Notes under the pieces: model-generated
Database searches by the model: none
Seen by the model: only the letters and a program-made list of their open reading frames with translations
What the model was told of the DNA's origin: nothing
DNA from: a virus
Taxonomy: Duplodnaviria > Caudoviricetes
IMG/VR virus record: IMGVR_UViG_3300020042_004016
Location: 1 to 25,813 of that record
Direction: 5' to 3' (one strand)
Length of the DNA: 25,813 bases
Shown: positions 1 to 8,352 of the stretch, in pieces
Layout of the letters: every line of letters begins with the position of its first letter
Numbering within the stretch: the stretch's first letter is position 1
Position numbers and translations under genes: made by a program

Positions 1-50
1 TTTTTTAATTTATTTTTAATTTATTTTATAACTTGTTGAAAATCAAGCAT

Positions 51-82
51 AAAAAAAAGCCGTCTGAATAAACAAACGACTT
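51..82 (-). terminator. Intrinsic terminator at the end of the late operon / putative sRNA
   Basis: The - strand reads AAGTCGTTTG-TTTATT-CAGACGGCTT, a 10-bp stem with 2 G-U pairs running into a U tract. Confidence 0.8.
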
Positions 83-111
83 AATTAACCTTAAAAACAC
101 AATATGGAAAA
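51..111 (-). ncRNA. Putative ~55-60 nt trans-acting antisense small RNA
   Basis: Bounded by TATATTTG (119-112) and a terminator. Its 5' part TTTTCCATATTGTGTTTTT is complementary to the erf leader and start (23728-23747) with a single bulge. Confidence 0.55.
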
Positions 112-119
112 CAAATATA
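112..119 (-). promoter_or_regulatory. Bacteroidota-type -7 promoter element
   Basis: TATATTTG matches TAnnTTTG and lies just after the stop of 127..321. No clear -33 TTG at canonical spacing. Confidence 0.55.
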
Positions 120-126
120 GTTATTA

Positions 127-321
127 TTATTTATCTATTTTCTTATTCCAAACATTTATTCCTATTGCTGTTGCGCTGTAACCTAAGAACATTAAAACGA
201 TTTCGTAATGAAATCCACACAAAGCAACTCCAACCGCCACCCAGAACGCTGTAAACGACGCTAATCGCTTCTGCTCAAACTTTCCGTTGGGAGCGAGTGT
301 ATCGAGAATTATTTTTTTCAT
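127..321 (-). CDS. Small two-TM membrane protein, holin-like
   Basis: 64 aa with two hydrophobic stretches (FTAFWVAVGVALCGF; IVLMFLGYSATAIGINVW) and a basic C-terminus; last gene of the late operon. Confidence 0.55.
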   Translation of the reverse strand: MKKIILDTLAPNGKFEQKRLASFTAFWVAVGVALCGFHYEIVLMFLGYSATAIGINVWNKKIDK

Positions 322-541
322 TAGGTAAAATTGCGATTAATCGTTTTGGTATTTCAAAAGTATTATTTACGTGGCGTTGAATCAAAACCCTATCTTCGTA
401 ACAATCGTATAATTTCGCTTCAATCTTTTCTATTTTAGCTTCGTTTTTTAAAGTCGCTAAATACAAGTAAACAATTGCTCCAATAAAAAAGAAATTTTTA
501 GCACCGTATTTTTGTAGTAATTCTAATCCGTCCTTAATCAT
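275..541 (-). CDS. Hypothetical membrane-anchored protein (possible lysis accessory)
   Basis: 88 aa; one N-terminal TM (FFFIGAIVYLYLATL) followed by a coiled-coil-like segment; overlaps both neighbours. Confidence 0.6.
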   Translation of the reverse strand: MIKDGLELLQKYGAKNFFFIGAIVYLYLATLKNEAKIEKIEAKLYDCYEDRVLIQRHVNNTFEIPKRLIAILPNEKNNSRYTRSQRKV

Positions 542-758
542 TGTTAATTGGTGTTATTGGTGCTACGTATTCGCTCAAAGGTATTTCTAGCAAGTATGCG
601 TATTCAGTTACAGAAATATCAATTTCATCTGAACTACTCAAAAATAAGAAATAAACGTTATTTATATCCTGCACAAAGTTAAAGAAAGTATCGCTATCAA
701 AAAATACATTTTGTAGGTTTTCCGCTTGTTCGTTTGTTACTATTCTACCTTCTATCAT
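534..758 (-). CDS. Hypothetical acidic protein (possible fibre-associated chaperone)
   Basis: 74 aa; ATGA overlap with the upstream gene. Function inferred from position only. Confidence 0.65.
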   Translation of the reverse strand: MIEGRIVTNEQAENLQNVFFDSDTFFNFVQDINNVYFLFLSSSDEIDISVTEYAYLLEIPLSEYVAPITPINND

Positions 759-1540
759 ACGTTTCTGCTTAAACTTGTTTGATATGCTTGAACTGCTGTA
801 TATAAGTTAGCAGCCTCTACATCTGTAAGACCATCACCTATAGATGCAAAAGCACATTCTTTAGTTGAATAATTACCACCAATACCAGCACCAGTGTTTA
901 AGGCTAAGATGAAAATATTACCAGTAGTTGGTGCTGAGGATGCAGTTGTTGCACCCGTTACTATTTTTACTCCATTTTTCCACGCATTGATAACTGTTGA
1001 CGCTGTTCTGTTACCAGTGTAAAACCCTAAAGAATTTGCATCAGCATGTTGTGCCAAAGCACTACCATTGACTCTATGATAAGTGATACCAGCAGTTCTA
1101 ATCTCAAGAATATTGTTAAATTGTCCAACTCCCATTTCAATAGTAGTTGTATTTGTATTTGTTCTTGAGTAAAATGAGTAATGAGTACTATTTTGTGTTA
1201 AGTTACCTGATGGCTGTAGTTGTGTGTTAGCAAGTCCAGTAGTACCATTACCTATCATTCCAGTAGCTGAGTGATTCACACCAGTAGCATAAGTTAACCT
1301 GAATGCAGCGTTTAAATCTCTTGGGTCTTTAAGGTTGAATTTATGCTGTGATGCTGTGCCACCTACAATTGGGTAGATAGCCTTGAACTTTGTCCAAATA
1401 GAATATCCTTTCAATGCAAGTACCAAAGTGTTAATAGCATTTTGTTGGGTGTTATCAGTTATTGCAGCCGCTGTAATAAACGCTTGTGCATCAGGGTCAA
1501 AGCTACTTTTAGGCATTAAAGAAATTAAGCTTCTGTACAT
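755..1540 (-). CDS. Virion/fibre-associated beta-sandwich protein (LamG/ConA-like)
   Basis: 261 aa, T/A/G/N-rich; N-terminal DPDAQAFITAAAITD and C-terminal LTDVEAANLY segments resemble LamG-like phage structural proteins. Confidence 0.6.
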   Translation of the reverse strand: MYRSLISLMPKSSFDPDAQAFITAAAITDNTQQNAINTLVLALKGYSIWTKFKAIYPIVGGTASQHKFNLKDPRDLNAAFRLTYATGVNHSATGMIGNGTTGLANTQLQPSGNLTQNSTHYSFYSRTNTNTTTIEMGVGQFNNILEIRTAGITYHRVNGSALAQHADANSLGFYTGNRTASTVINAWKNGVKIVTGATTASSAPTTGNIFILALNTGAGIGGNYSTKECAFASIGDGLTDVEAANLYTAVQAYQTSLSRNV

Positions 1541-2379
1541 ACTCCAATTATATCAAATTTAGTATCAGTTGAATTGTAAATGCAACCTATGTAAGTTGTT
1601 TTGCTTATAACCGTTGTAGTGGGTGCGGTAACTCCTATCGCTCTAAAATTAGCACCGTAAGTAATTGTTCTTGCCGTTGCATTGTCTTTAATTCTAAATA
1701 TTAAACTTTGACCTTCTGAAAATGTACCCGTTGGATTTGCTAACGTTAAACCCTCAGCTTGTGCTGTAATTGTTACTATATCATTTGTGCTAACTGCTGT
1801 AACTGTTGCACTTGAACTTACTGTTTGAACTCTTGGATTAAAGAACGTTTGGTCACCCGTATTCGTTCCACTTGTGTTTCCAATTACAGTTAAATTTGCA
1901 TCAGTTACATAACGCTTATTACTTGAATCTGCAATGTCTGCTGTTGTTGCATCTGCGCCACTTGTAATTAACCCTTTTGCATCGAATGTAATTTTTGTTT
2001 TCGTTGCACCCGTAATAGCTGAATTTGTAGCAACTGCACCCACATCACTCGCTGATAACGTTCTGTTTGCGCTTAAATCGTAACCGTTGATTGTTCTTGT
2101 TGTTGGTACAAAATTAGAATCAGGTAACGAAACATAAGAAATCCACGATCCCGAATGAAACACTCTAAAAATACTTGTTCCAACGGTATAACCAACTGAA
2201 TTAATAGTTGCCGTTCCATTTCTCACGAATACTCGATAACCTTTTCCCTCAACGGGCGTTGGGTCTGTAAATATGCTATTTGCTACTACGGTATAACTTG
2301 CATCGTTTACTGCTATTTGATTAGTTGAAACTACAACGGCTTTTGATTGTACGTTTGTTAAATTTATGTCTAAACTCAT
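1525..2379 (-). CDS. Tail fibre-like modular protein
   Basis: 284 aa, very Thr-rich; contains the fibre repeat VPTTRTING..L....TLSASDVGA and a TKITFDAKGLITSG module. Confidence 0.65.
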   Translation of the reverse strand: MSLDINLTNVQSKAVVVSTNQIAVNDASYTVVANSIFTDPTPVEGKGYRVFVRNGTATINSVGYTVGTSIFRVFHSGSWISYVSLPDSNFVPTTRTINGYDLSANRTLSASDVGAVATNSAITGATKTKITFDAKGLITSGADATTADIADSSNKRYVTDANLTVIGNTSGTNTGDQTFFNPRVQTVSSSATVTAVSTNDIVTITAQAEGLTLANPTGTFSEGQSLIFRIKDNATARTITYGANFRAIGVTAPTTTVISKTTYIGCIYNSTDTKFDIIGVCTEA

Positions 2380-3062
2380 ACTGTGATATTTATTACTGAA
2401 TTAGGGTCTAAAGTTACAATACTTCCCGTTTGGTTTAATATGCCGTCAACATAAACGTTTACTGTTGTGTTCGGTAGTTCTAAATTTGTGCTTGTTGTTA
2501 CTAAATAACTATCGTTTGAATTGCTTACAACAACGCTCGCACCCGAACAAGTGTAAGTTCCACCCGCTAAAACTTGTACCGAACTTGCGCCGTCCGTTAC
2601 CGTTACATTTGGGCAACCGCTAACAAAACCAGTGTCGCAAATAGTCATATCGGAAACCATTATAACATCGAACGTCATCGCCCAACCTGCTAACTTATTC
2701 TCAAATCTATCTGTAAACGGTTCTAATGTTGCATCTCCGTCCATCATTACATAATCAGGGTTTAAATCCCCTCGTTTCATTATGTCGTGAACTCGATTAA
2801 GTGCTTGTAACATTGCATTCATTATAGACGGTTCAAGGTCGTATTTTTCCTTACTATCTAAAATATCCATCGCTAAAACGGTAATATTAAAGCGTTGCAT
2901 TTTACCTTCGATACTTGCTGAATTGATGATAATATGCGCTAAAGGGAAAATCGTTTGTTTAGCTAAATCAATGTCACTAATTTGCCCGTCAGTAATTGTG
3001 GCAATTAGGTTAGTCGCTTGTAACTGCGCTCGAAGTGTATCAAGTATTTTGAAGTAACTCAT
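2376..3062 (-). CDS. Putative tail-terminator/neck protein with a beta-rich C-terminal extension
   Basis: 228 aa; IFPLAHI and EPFTDRFENKLAGW segments resemble tail-completion proteins; follows the adaptor gene. Confidence 0.5.
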   Translation of the reverse strand: MSYFKILDTLRAQLQATNLIATITDGQISDIDLAKQTIFPLAHIIINSASIEGKMQRFNITVLAMDILDSKEKYDLEPSIMNAMLQALNRVHDIMKRGDLNPDYVMMDGDATLEPFTDRFENKLAGWAMTFDVIMVSDMTICDTGFVSGCPNVTVTDGASSVQVLAGGTYTCSGASVVVSNSNDSYLVTTSTNLELPNTTVNVYVDGILNQTGSIVTLDPNSVINITV

Positions 3063-3145
3063 TTCTTTTCCTTTGGTTTTTCTTGTTCAATTTGTTGAAG
3101 GAAAACCATTAATTTTTCAATGTTTTTTTTTGACCGCTTTTTCAT
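3059..3145 (-). CDS. Small basic peptide (28 aa) not in the ORF track
   Basis: MKKRSKKNIEKLMVFLQQIEQEKPKEKK*; ATGA overlap at both ends, so it exactly fills the gap. Confidence 0.6.
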   Translation of the reverse strand: MKKRSKKNIEKLMVFLQQIEQEKPKEKK

Positions 3146-3642
3146 AAAACCCAATTTGTAAAATTAGTGTCTGAACTTGGATAAATGTCACCGTTACTGT
3201 TGCTGTTGTATTCAGGGAATAACGCTTGATTAAAACACATATAATCAACAAATCTACTGCTGTAATGATTAGCCGTTTGCGTTTGTTTGTCTATAAGTAA
3301 AGATAGTTCTAAACGGTCTATATTCTCGCTTTGTTCTGCGTTGTGTTTATAAACACCTTTGTTTCCAATTGTGTATGCTGAATACGGTAAATACTCCACC
3401 ATCGCCCAATGAATAAGCATAGGTTTAATATATGTATTTACTAAAGTCAAATAATTACCCGCTAAAGTGTTTGTTATAATATTTGATTTTATACGCTCCA
3501 ATAAATCCGTCCCTAAATATTTTTGAACGTGAATATCTTGAGCAATTTTAATATATTGAATAAATTTATCAGGGTCAACGTTGCCGTTTAAAGACGTGAA
3601 TTTCACCACGTCGTCCCTTGTTATAATTAGTGCTTCTGCCAT
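3142..3642 (-). CDS. Putative head-tail adaptor/connector
   Basis: 166 aa, helical, directly downstream of portal; IKIAQDIHVQKYLGTDL motif. Confidence 0.6.
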   Translation of the reverse strand: MAEALIITRDDVVKFTSLNGNVDPDKFIQYIKIAQDIHVQKYLGTDLLERIKSNIITNTLAGNYLTLVNTYIKPMLIHWAMVEYLPYSAYTIGNKGVYKHNAEQSENIDRLELSLLIDKQTQTANHYSSRFVDYMCFNQALFPEYNSNSNGDIYPSSDTNFTNWVL

Positions 3643-5420
3643 TATTGTACGTCTTTTGGTAGGTTTTTATTTCTTGGGCTGAAACCTTTTAAAGGTAGGT
3701 TATTAGGGTAAAAAGAAACTTGATAAGGGTTTGTAACTTTATAACCTTTTACTTCTGCCTCACGTGTTCCAACTTTCTTATAACCGTCTTCAATAGCGTT
3801 TAAATCTAACATAAACGTTACCCTTGCAAATTTATGGTGGCATCTTGCACCGCCTTTAAATTTAAAAATATCGTAAACGTTTGCTCCAAATTCTCCAAAA
3901 CCTGGATTAACAGAACGTCTGCTCATTTCTTCAATATCTTCTTTTCTAAATAAACGTTCTTCACGTGCCATCATTGCTTTACAAAATGCTCTTTCAGGGT
4001 TTTTATTTCCCGTGTATTTATAACGCACTTTAAAATACTTTAAATCCCCAACTTTTTTATCTTGTGAACTCTTTAAGTCAGGTCTTGCATTACCAGTTTG
4101 AATAAGGTTAATAAGTGCGCTTAAAATCGTTGTTTTAGGTTCTAAGTTCTTTTCTGCTTCAATCAATTCTAAATCCAAATCGCTATCATCTTCTTCAATT
4201 TCTCTTTCGTCAACCATTATCCAACCGTCTCCTAATTGTTCACTATCTACACGTGCTAAAATTTCTTCTAATTCCGTGTTAACTTTACTTAATTCCGTTC
4301 CCGTTTCCTCTTGTTTATCTTCGCTCGATTGCACGTTTTCCAAATCCGTAAACTCCAAAGGTTGTAACGTCTTAAAGAATAATTTAGCGGTGTTTCCGTT
4401 AAAAGATGTTATTTGTTCTAACCCATCAATCAAAAGTTGCTGTAACGGTCTAATAACCATATTGTCGAACAATACAAACGCATTCTTTAATTCATCTGCA
4501 TTGCTTCCGAAACCGTTTGCACTTCCTAACCCTAATAGCAAACCGCTTGTAATCGAATGCGAAACCATAATTTTACGCTCACATTCAGTTGATAGATATT
4601 GATAGTGTTCGGGTGCATCGTTTAAAGGAATATCGTCTACCGTTGTTGCTGTTTCTTTATTGTTGTTAAATCCAACAATTACCCTTTGTCCTTTACTTCC
4701 AGTTAGCTTGTTTTTAATTTGTGATTGTAACAAATTTTGCGTTTCAATATCAGGTTGCCCGTTGTTGAAATTTACTACTTTCGTTCCACTAAAACCATTT
4801 TGAACCTCGTTAATAAGATAACCGCTCACTTCTTCTTCAAGTAACGCATAAGACGTTCCTGCAACGTAATCGGGCAAAGAAAAATACTTCATTCCGATTG
4901 CATAAGGTCGAATAACTAATATTTCAACTTTATCATTTGAACTTTTAAATGTTGCAAATTTCTTAGGCGGAAATTTCTTAACGTCTTCCCAATTATTTGA
5001 ATAATACCAATTGTTAATTTTACCTTCATCGTCGCATTTTTCAGGTGCTAAAAGATTCATTTCAATATGAAACGCTTTTAGTATTTTATCGTGTTTGTCG
5101 TTATAGTGTACTTGAATTGCACATTGTCCTAATGTCTTTAAATCAAAGCAAAGTTTTCGTAAACAATCTTTATTAAACAAAGCCATTACTTGAGCGTATT
5201 CGCTTGGTTTACGGCTCGCATCAATTACTCCCAATCCTTTACCATACATTAAGCGGGTAACGTTGTTTATAATAGATTGATTCGTTACACTTTTTCGATA
5301 ACGATCTATAAGAAATTGAAAGTAACTATTGTTTTCTGCAAAAGTTACATAACCTTTTTGCTTCGATTCTATTATTTGCGGTGCTTCGTATTGCGCCAAA
5401 TTTATTACGTCTATATTCAT
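3642..5420 (-). CDS. Portal protein with a C-terminal minor-head-like extension
   Basis: 592 aa; the N-terminal ~370 aa is portal-like (YFSLPDY, IMVSHSITSGLLLG, VIRPLQQ); the C-terminal domain has RAFC...GGARCHH. Confidence 0.8.
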   Translation of the reverse strand: MNIDVINLAQYEAPQIIESKQKGYVTFAENNSYFQFLIDRYRKSVTNQSIINNVTRLMYGKGLGVIDASRKPSEYAQVMALFNKDCLRKLCFDLKTLGQCAIQVHYNDKHDKILKAFHIEMNLLAPEKCDDEGKINNWYYSNNWEDVKKFPPKKFATFKSSNDKVEILVIRPYAIGMKYFSLPDYVAGTSYALLEEEVSGYLINEVQNGFSGTKVVNFNNGQPDIETQNLLQSQIKNKLTGSKGQRVIVGFNNNKETATTVDDIPLNDAPEHYQYLSTECERKIMVSHSITSGLLLGLGSANGFGSNADELKNAFVLFDNMVIRPLQQLLIDGLEQITSFNGNTAKLFFKTLQPLEFTDLENVQSSEDKQEETGTELSKVNTELEEILARVDSEQLGDGWIMVDEREIEEDDSDLDLELIEAEKNLEPKTTILSALINLIQTGNARPDLKSSQDKKVGDLKYFKVRYKYTGNKNPERAFCKAMMAREERLFRKEDIEEMSRRSVNPGFGEFGANVYDIFKFKGGARCHHKFARVTFMLDLNAIEDGYKKVGTREAEVKGYKVTNPYQVSFYPNNLPLKGFSPRNKNLPKDVQ

Positions 5421-5722
5421 AGCATTACAAAATCATTATTACTTGAATGTTCGTCAGTTTGCAAACCTGCTTTATAACACCAAACCTGCTCGCTTCCTAA
5501 AAAATTAGTAAGGTTGTATAATTGCACGATATAAAAACGCCCTGCTTTTAACGAATACACCGCTTGAACTCCGATGTAATAACCGTAATCAATTATAGTC
5601 GGTGCGTTAATTGTTGCGCTTGTTCCTGCTTCTTGGTCGATTACTACAACACTTGTTATCGTTGTGCTACGTGGCGCACATTTCAATATTTGGCTTGATG
5701 CACTTACTTGTAAAACATTCAT
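5417..5722 (-). CDS. Hypothetical structural-region protein
   Basis: 101 aa; ATGA overlap with portal; preceded by the late promoter motif. Confidence 0.7.
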   Translation of the reverse strand: MNVLQVSASSQILKCAPRSTTITSVVVIDQEAGTSATINAPTIIDYGYYIGVQAVYSLKAGRFYIVQLYNLTNFLGSEQVWCYKAGLQTDEHSSNNDFVML

Positions 5723-5729
5723 ATTATTA

Positions 5730-5756
5730 AAACTATTAAAGTGTAATTCTGTTGCA
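5730..5756 (-). promoter_or_regulatory. Putative late promoter TGCAAC-N14-ATAGTTT
   Basis: One of four copies; immediately after a terminator and 7 nt before the ATG. Confidence 0.75.
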
Positions 5757-5757
5757 T

Positions 5758-5785
5758 AAAAAAAGGGTTACATTTCTGCAACCCT
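5758..5785 (-). terminator. Intrinsic terminator after the major tail gene
   Basis: AGGGTTGCA-GAAA-TGTAACCCT followed by a U tract. Confidence 0.88.
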
Positions 5786-5812
5786 CTTTCTATGGAGACA
5801 ATCAAAACAAAT

Positions 5813-6364
5813 CTAAGATGTTGTGAAAGAAGCTAAAGACGTTAAGTCAACTAATAAACCTGCTTCCGTTGAACAATTAATGAAATTCGCTGGCAATGCT
5901 TCCATTCCCGTAAATGTCAAAGTGTAACCGTTCAAGTCGCCTGCTTCCGTTCCCATTCCAATAGTACCTGCAGTTAAATCCATTCCTCTTTTAAGTCCTG
6001 CGATTCTGTAAGTATTGTCACGCCCTCTAACAATAATATGCGGTCTGCCGTAAGCTAATAGTTTAACTATTTTTTGGCTGTTTGCATCTTGTTTTTTAAG
6101 CGTGATAGTAAGTTCTTGCTGAAAGAACGTAGTGCCGTTGTTTCTATCTGAAGTGATAGTTTCTTGGTAGCTATTAGTTCCTTTTAATTGAAATCTGAAA
6201 CAAGCTGTTACGTTTGCAATCGCACTAATCAAATCAGGGTTTCCTGCGTCATAAGTAACATCAACTTCGGGGTTAAAATCCCCGTAGTTGATGAAATATA
6301 CAGCTTCTAATCCACCGATTGTGTCCTTACAAACTTCTTGTCTTCCGTTAGCTAAGTCGCACAT
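5813..6364 (-). CDS. Putative major tail (tube) protein
   Basis: 183 aa, beta-rich (NGTTFFQQELTITL, GDLNGYTLTFTG); co-transcribed with the capsid gene and followed by a terminator. Confidence 0.7.
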   Translation of the reverse strand: MCDLANGRQEVCKDTIGGLEAVYFINYGDFNPEVDVTYDAGNPDLISAIANVTACFRFQLKGTNSYQETITSDRNNGTTFFQQELTITLKKQDANSQKIVKLLAYGRPHIIVRGRDNTYRIAGLKRGMDLTAGTIGMGTEAGDLNGYTLTFTGMEALPANFINCSTEAGLLVDLTSLASFTTS

Positions 6365-6370
6365 AGGTTC

Positions 6371-7330
6371 TTAGTTTACTGAGTTAGTAACGTTGTATGT
6401 AACGATGTCCTCAACGATTCCGTATTGAACACCTGCAGTCATTCTCATAACGATTCTAACGTTTTGTGAGCCGTCAGTATCTGCCATATCCAAAAGTCTA
6501 ACCTCGTTTGCATCGTTAAGTAAACCAGTTCCGAATACTAAATTTTCTTTAGTTGTTGCAATCATTGTAGATGCAGGTAAACCCGGTGCGTGTGCTAATT
6601 TAACACCCTCGAAAGGTAAAATTGCACCACCGTTAAACCACATTGAACCTTTACCGTCGATACCATTTGCTCCTAAGTTAGTTGCGAAACCACCCAATGC
6701 ACGAACGTATAATCTAAACACGTTTGTAGATACGTAGATATGAAAATCTTCACGTGCTGAAACTGCTAATGGAGTAGCGTCTAAAACTTTTCCGATTTCT
6801 GCAATTACGTTAGTTGATAACAAACCGCCACCTACTAATGCAAGTTCTTGTGCTGTTGGTAATGCAGGGTCTAAAGCTAACAAAGTAGTAAATCCGTCAA
6901 ACTCTCCGTTTACAGATGCAACACCTCTCCAAATGTTTACTTCGTTTTCCGAAGCAACTTTTTCAGCGTATTGTGCTAATAAGAAATCAGTAAATGATTT
7001 CGGCATTACGTCAAATGCTGAATAACCCATTTCGATTGCGTCCCAATCATTTCTGAAAGTTGTTTTACACAATTGACGGTTAACTTGTAATTCTTTAGGT
7101 TGAATTACTCTTTCTGTTAAAGTAATCGTTCCTGCAGGGTTAAAGTCGCAAGATGCGTTAGATAAAAGTTTGTCAGTTGCAAGTCTTTTCATTACTGACT
7201 TGAACTTAACGTTTGGCATAATAGTAATTAAATTACTTGCCAAAGTTGGCGCAGGCAATAAAGCCGCTGCGATGTACTTACCTGCGAACTCGCCAGCGTA
7301 AGTAGTTGTAATTGATGTAGTTGTACTCAT
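6371..7330 (-). CDS. Major capsid protein
   Basis: 319 aa; TYAGEFAGKYI N-terminus; size and position after protease and scaffold fit an HK97-fold MCP. Confidence 0.85.
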   Translation of the reverse strand: MSTTTSITTTYAGEFAGKYIAAALLPAPTLASNLITIMPNVKFKSVMKRLATDKLLSNASCDFNPAGTITLTERVIQPKELQVNRQLCKTTFRNDWDAIEMGYSAFDVMPKSFTDFLLAQYAEKVASENEVNIWRGVASVNGEFDGFTTLLALDPALPTAQELALVGGGLLSTNVIAEIGKVLDATPLAVSAREDFHIYVSTNVFRLYVRALGGFATNLGANGIDGKGSMWFNGGAILPFEGVKLAHAPGLPASTMIATTKENLVFGTGLLNDANEVRLLDMADTDGSQNVRIVMRMTAGVQYGIVEDIVTYNVTNSVN

Positions 7331-7351
7331 TTTTTATAAATGTTTTTTAAA

Positions 7352-7774
7352 TTAAACTGCTGTTAAAGTGATTGCTCCTGCTGTAACACCTGAACCGTTC
7401 ACATACCAATTTGTTCCGTCACAAACTAATTCTGCGAAGTCACCGATTGATTCTGCTGATGCTACGAAAGAGATAGTGTTTTCGTTAACTCCTGCAACGT
7501 GCGCTCCGTTAACTAATACGCTTCCCTCAATTTTGTTAGTAAGTGCTTTTACAGTCCAATCAGTAGTTGCAAATGCTAAACCTACGATAAACTTGAATCG
7601 TAAACCTGCTGATGTTGCTACTGCAGGCAAAGTAACTTGTGCTCCTGCTGCTGCTTTTAATATTAATACTTTTCCGCTATCCTCTGCGGTTAAAGTTGTT
7701 GCGCCTGTTACGGCTTCAACTACTGCCAACTGACGTTCTTCGTCGTTGGTTACTGCTAAATAAGTTGTACTCAT
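7352..7774 (-). CDS. Putative capsid decoration/cement protein
   Basis: 140 aa; TLTAEDSGK, VTLP and LVCDGTNWY beta-rich motifs; lies between scaffold and MCP. Confidence 0.55.
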   Translation of the reverse strand: MSTTYLAVTNDEERQLAVVEAVTGATTLTAEDSGKVLILKAAAGAQVTLPAVATSAGLRFKFIVGLAFATTDWTVKALTNKIEGSVLVNGAHVAGVNENTISFVASAESIGDFAELVCDGTNWYVNGSGVTAGAITLTAV

Positions 7775-7778
7775 TTTC

Positions 7779-8306
7779 TTATTGGTTTATAAATTTCATT
7801 ACTAAATCTCTTGTGCTTTTAGGTGCTTCTACCTTTACTTTTTCCGTTGGCTCTGGATTGTGAACAATTGCTTTTGGTTCTTCCATTTGTGCTAACTGTG
7901 TTTTCAATGTTTCGTTTTCTAATTTCAATGCTTCGTATTCTGAAAAGAACGTTTCTTTAACCATTGATTCAACTGTTTTCTTAACCGCTGATTTTTCAAT
8001 CATTTTTTCTTCGTCTTTTTTCATTTCTTCTTCTGCTACTTCAACTTCTTCTGGTGCTTCTTGTTCTTTAATTTCTGCAATTACACCCTCTTGAGTAACA
8101 ACTAAAAGCATTCCGTTTTCAACAACGTATTCACCAATTGGCAAAGGTATTTTTTGGTCGTCTTCCGTTACTACAAAAATTTCGTTATTCGCTTCAAAGC
8201 TATCTGCTTCGATAACAGTAACACCGTCGTTTAATTTCATTTGCTCTAATTTCACTTCGATATTCAAAGCGATACAAATCTTTTTTACAATTTCTTTATA
8301 ATTCAT
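7779..8306 (-). CDS. Putative scaffolding protein
   Basis: 175 aa, Glu/Lys-rich with coiled coil and an LPIGEY motif; upstream of MCP. Confidence 0.65.
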   Translation of the reverse strand: MNYKEIVKKICIALNIEVKLEQMKLNDGVTVIEADSFEANNEIFVVTEDDQKIPLPIGEYVVENGMLLVVTQEGVIAEIKEQEAPEEVEVAEEEMKKDEEKMIEKSAVKKTVESMVKETFFSEYEALKLENETLKTQLAQMEEPKAIVHNPEPTEKVKVEAPKSTRDLVMKFINQ

Positions 8307-8323
8307 TTGACTTTTTTTTAATT

Positions 8324-8350
8324 AAACTATTCTACTTTTGTTCTGTTGCA
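8324..8350 (-). promoter_or_regulatory. Putative late promoter TGCAAC-N14-ATAGTTT
   Basis: Intergenic copy 17 nt before the scaffold ATG. Confidence 0.75.
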
Positions 8351-8352
8351 TT

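Noticed and set aside
29-50. IHF-like TAACTTGTTGAAAATCAA at the window edge as an attachment site
   Set aside because: Single imperfect match, no integrase in the window, and the context is truncated.
755-2379. Diversity-generating retroelement target in the fibre genes
   Set aside because: No reverse transcriptase and no TR/VR repeat pair were seen in the window.
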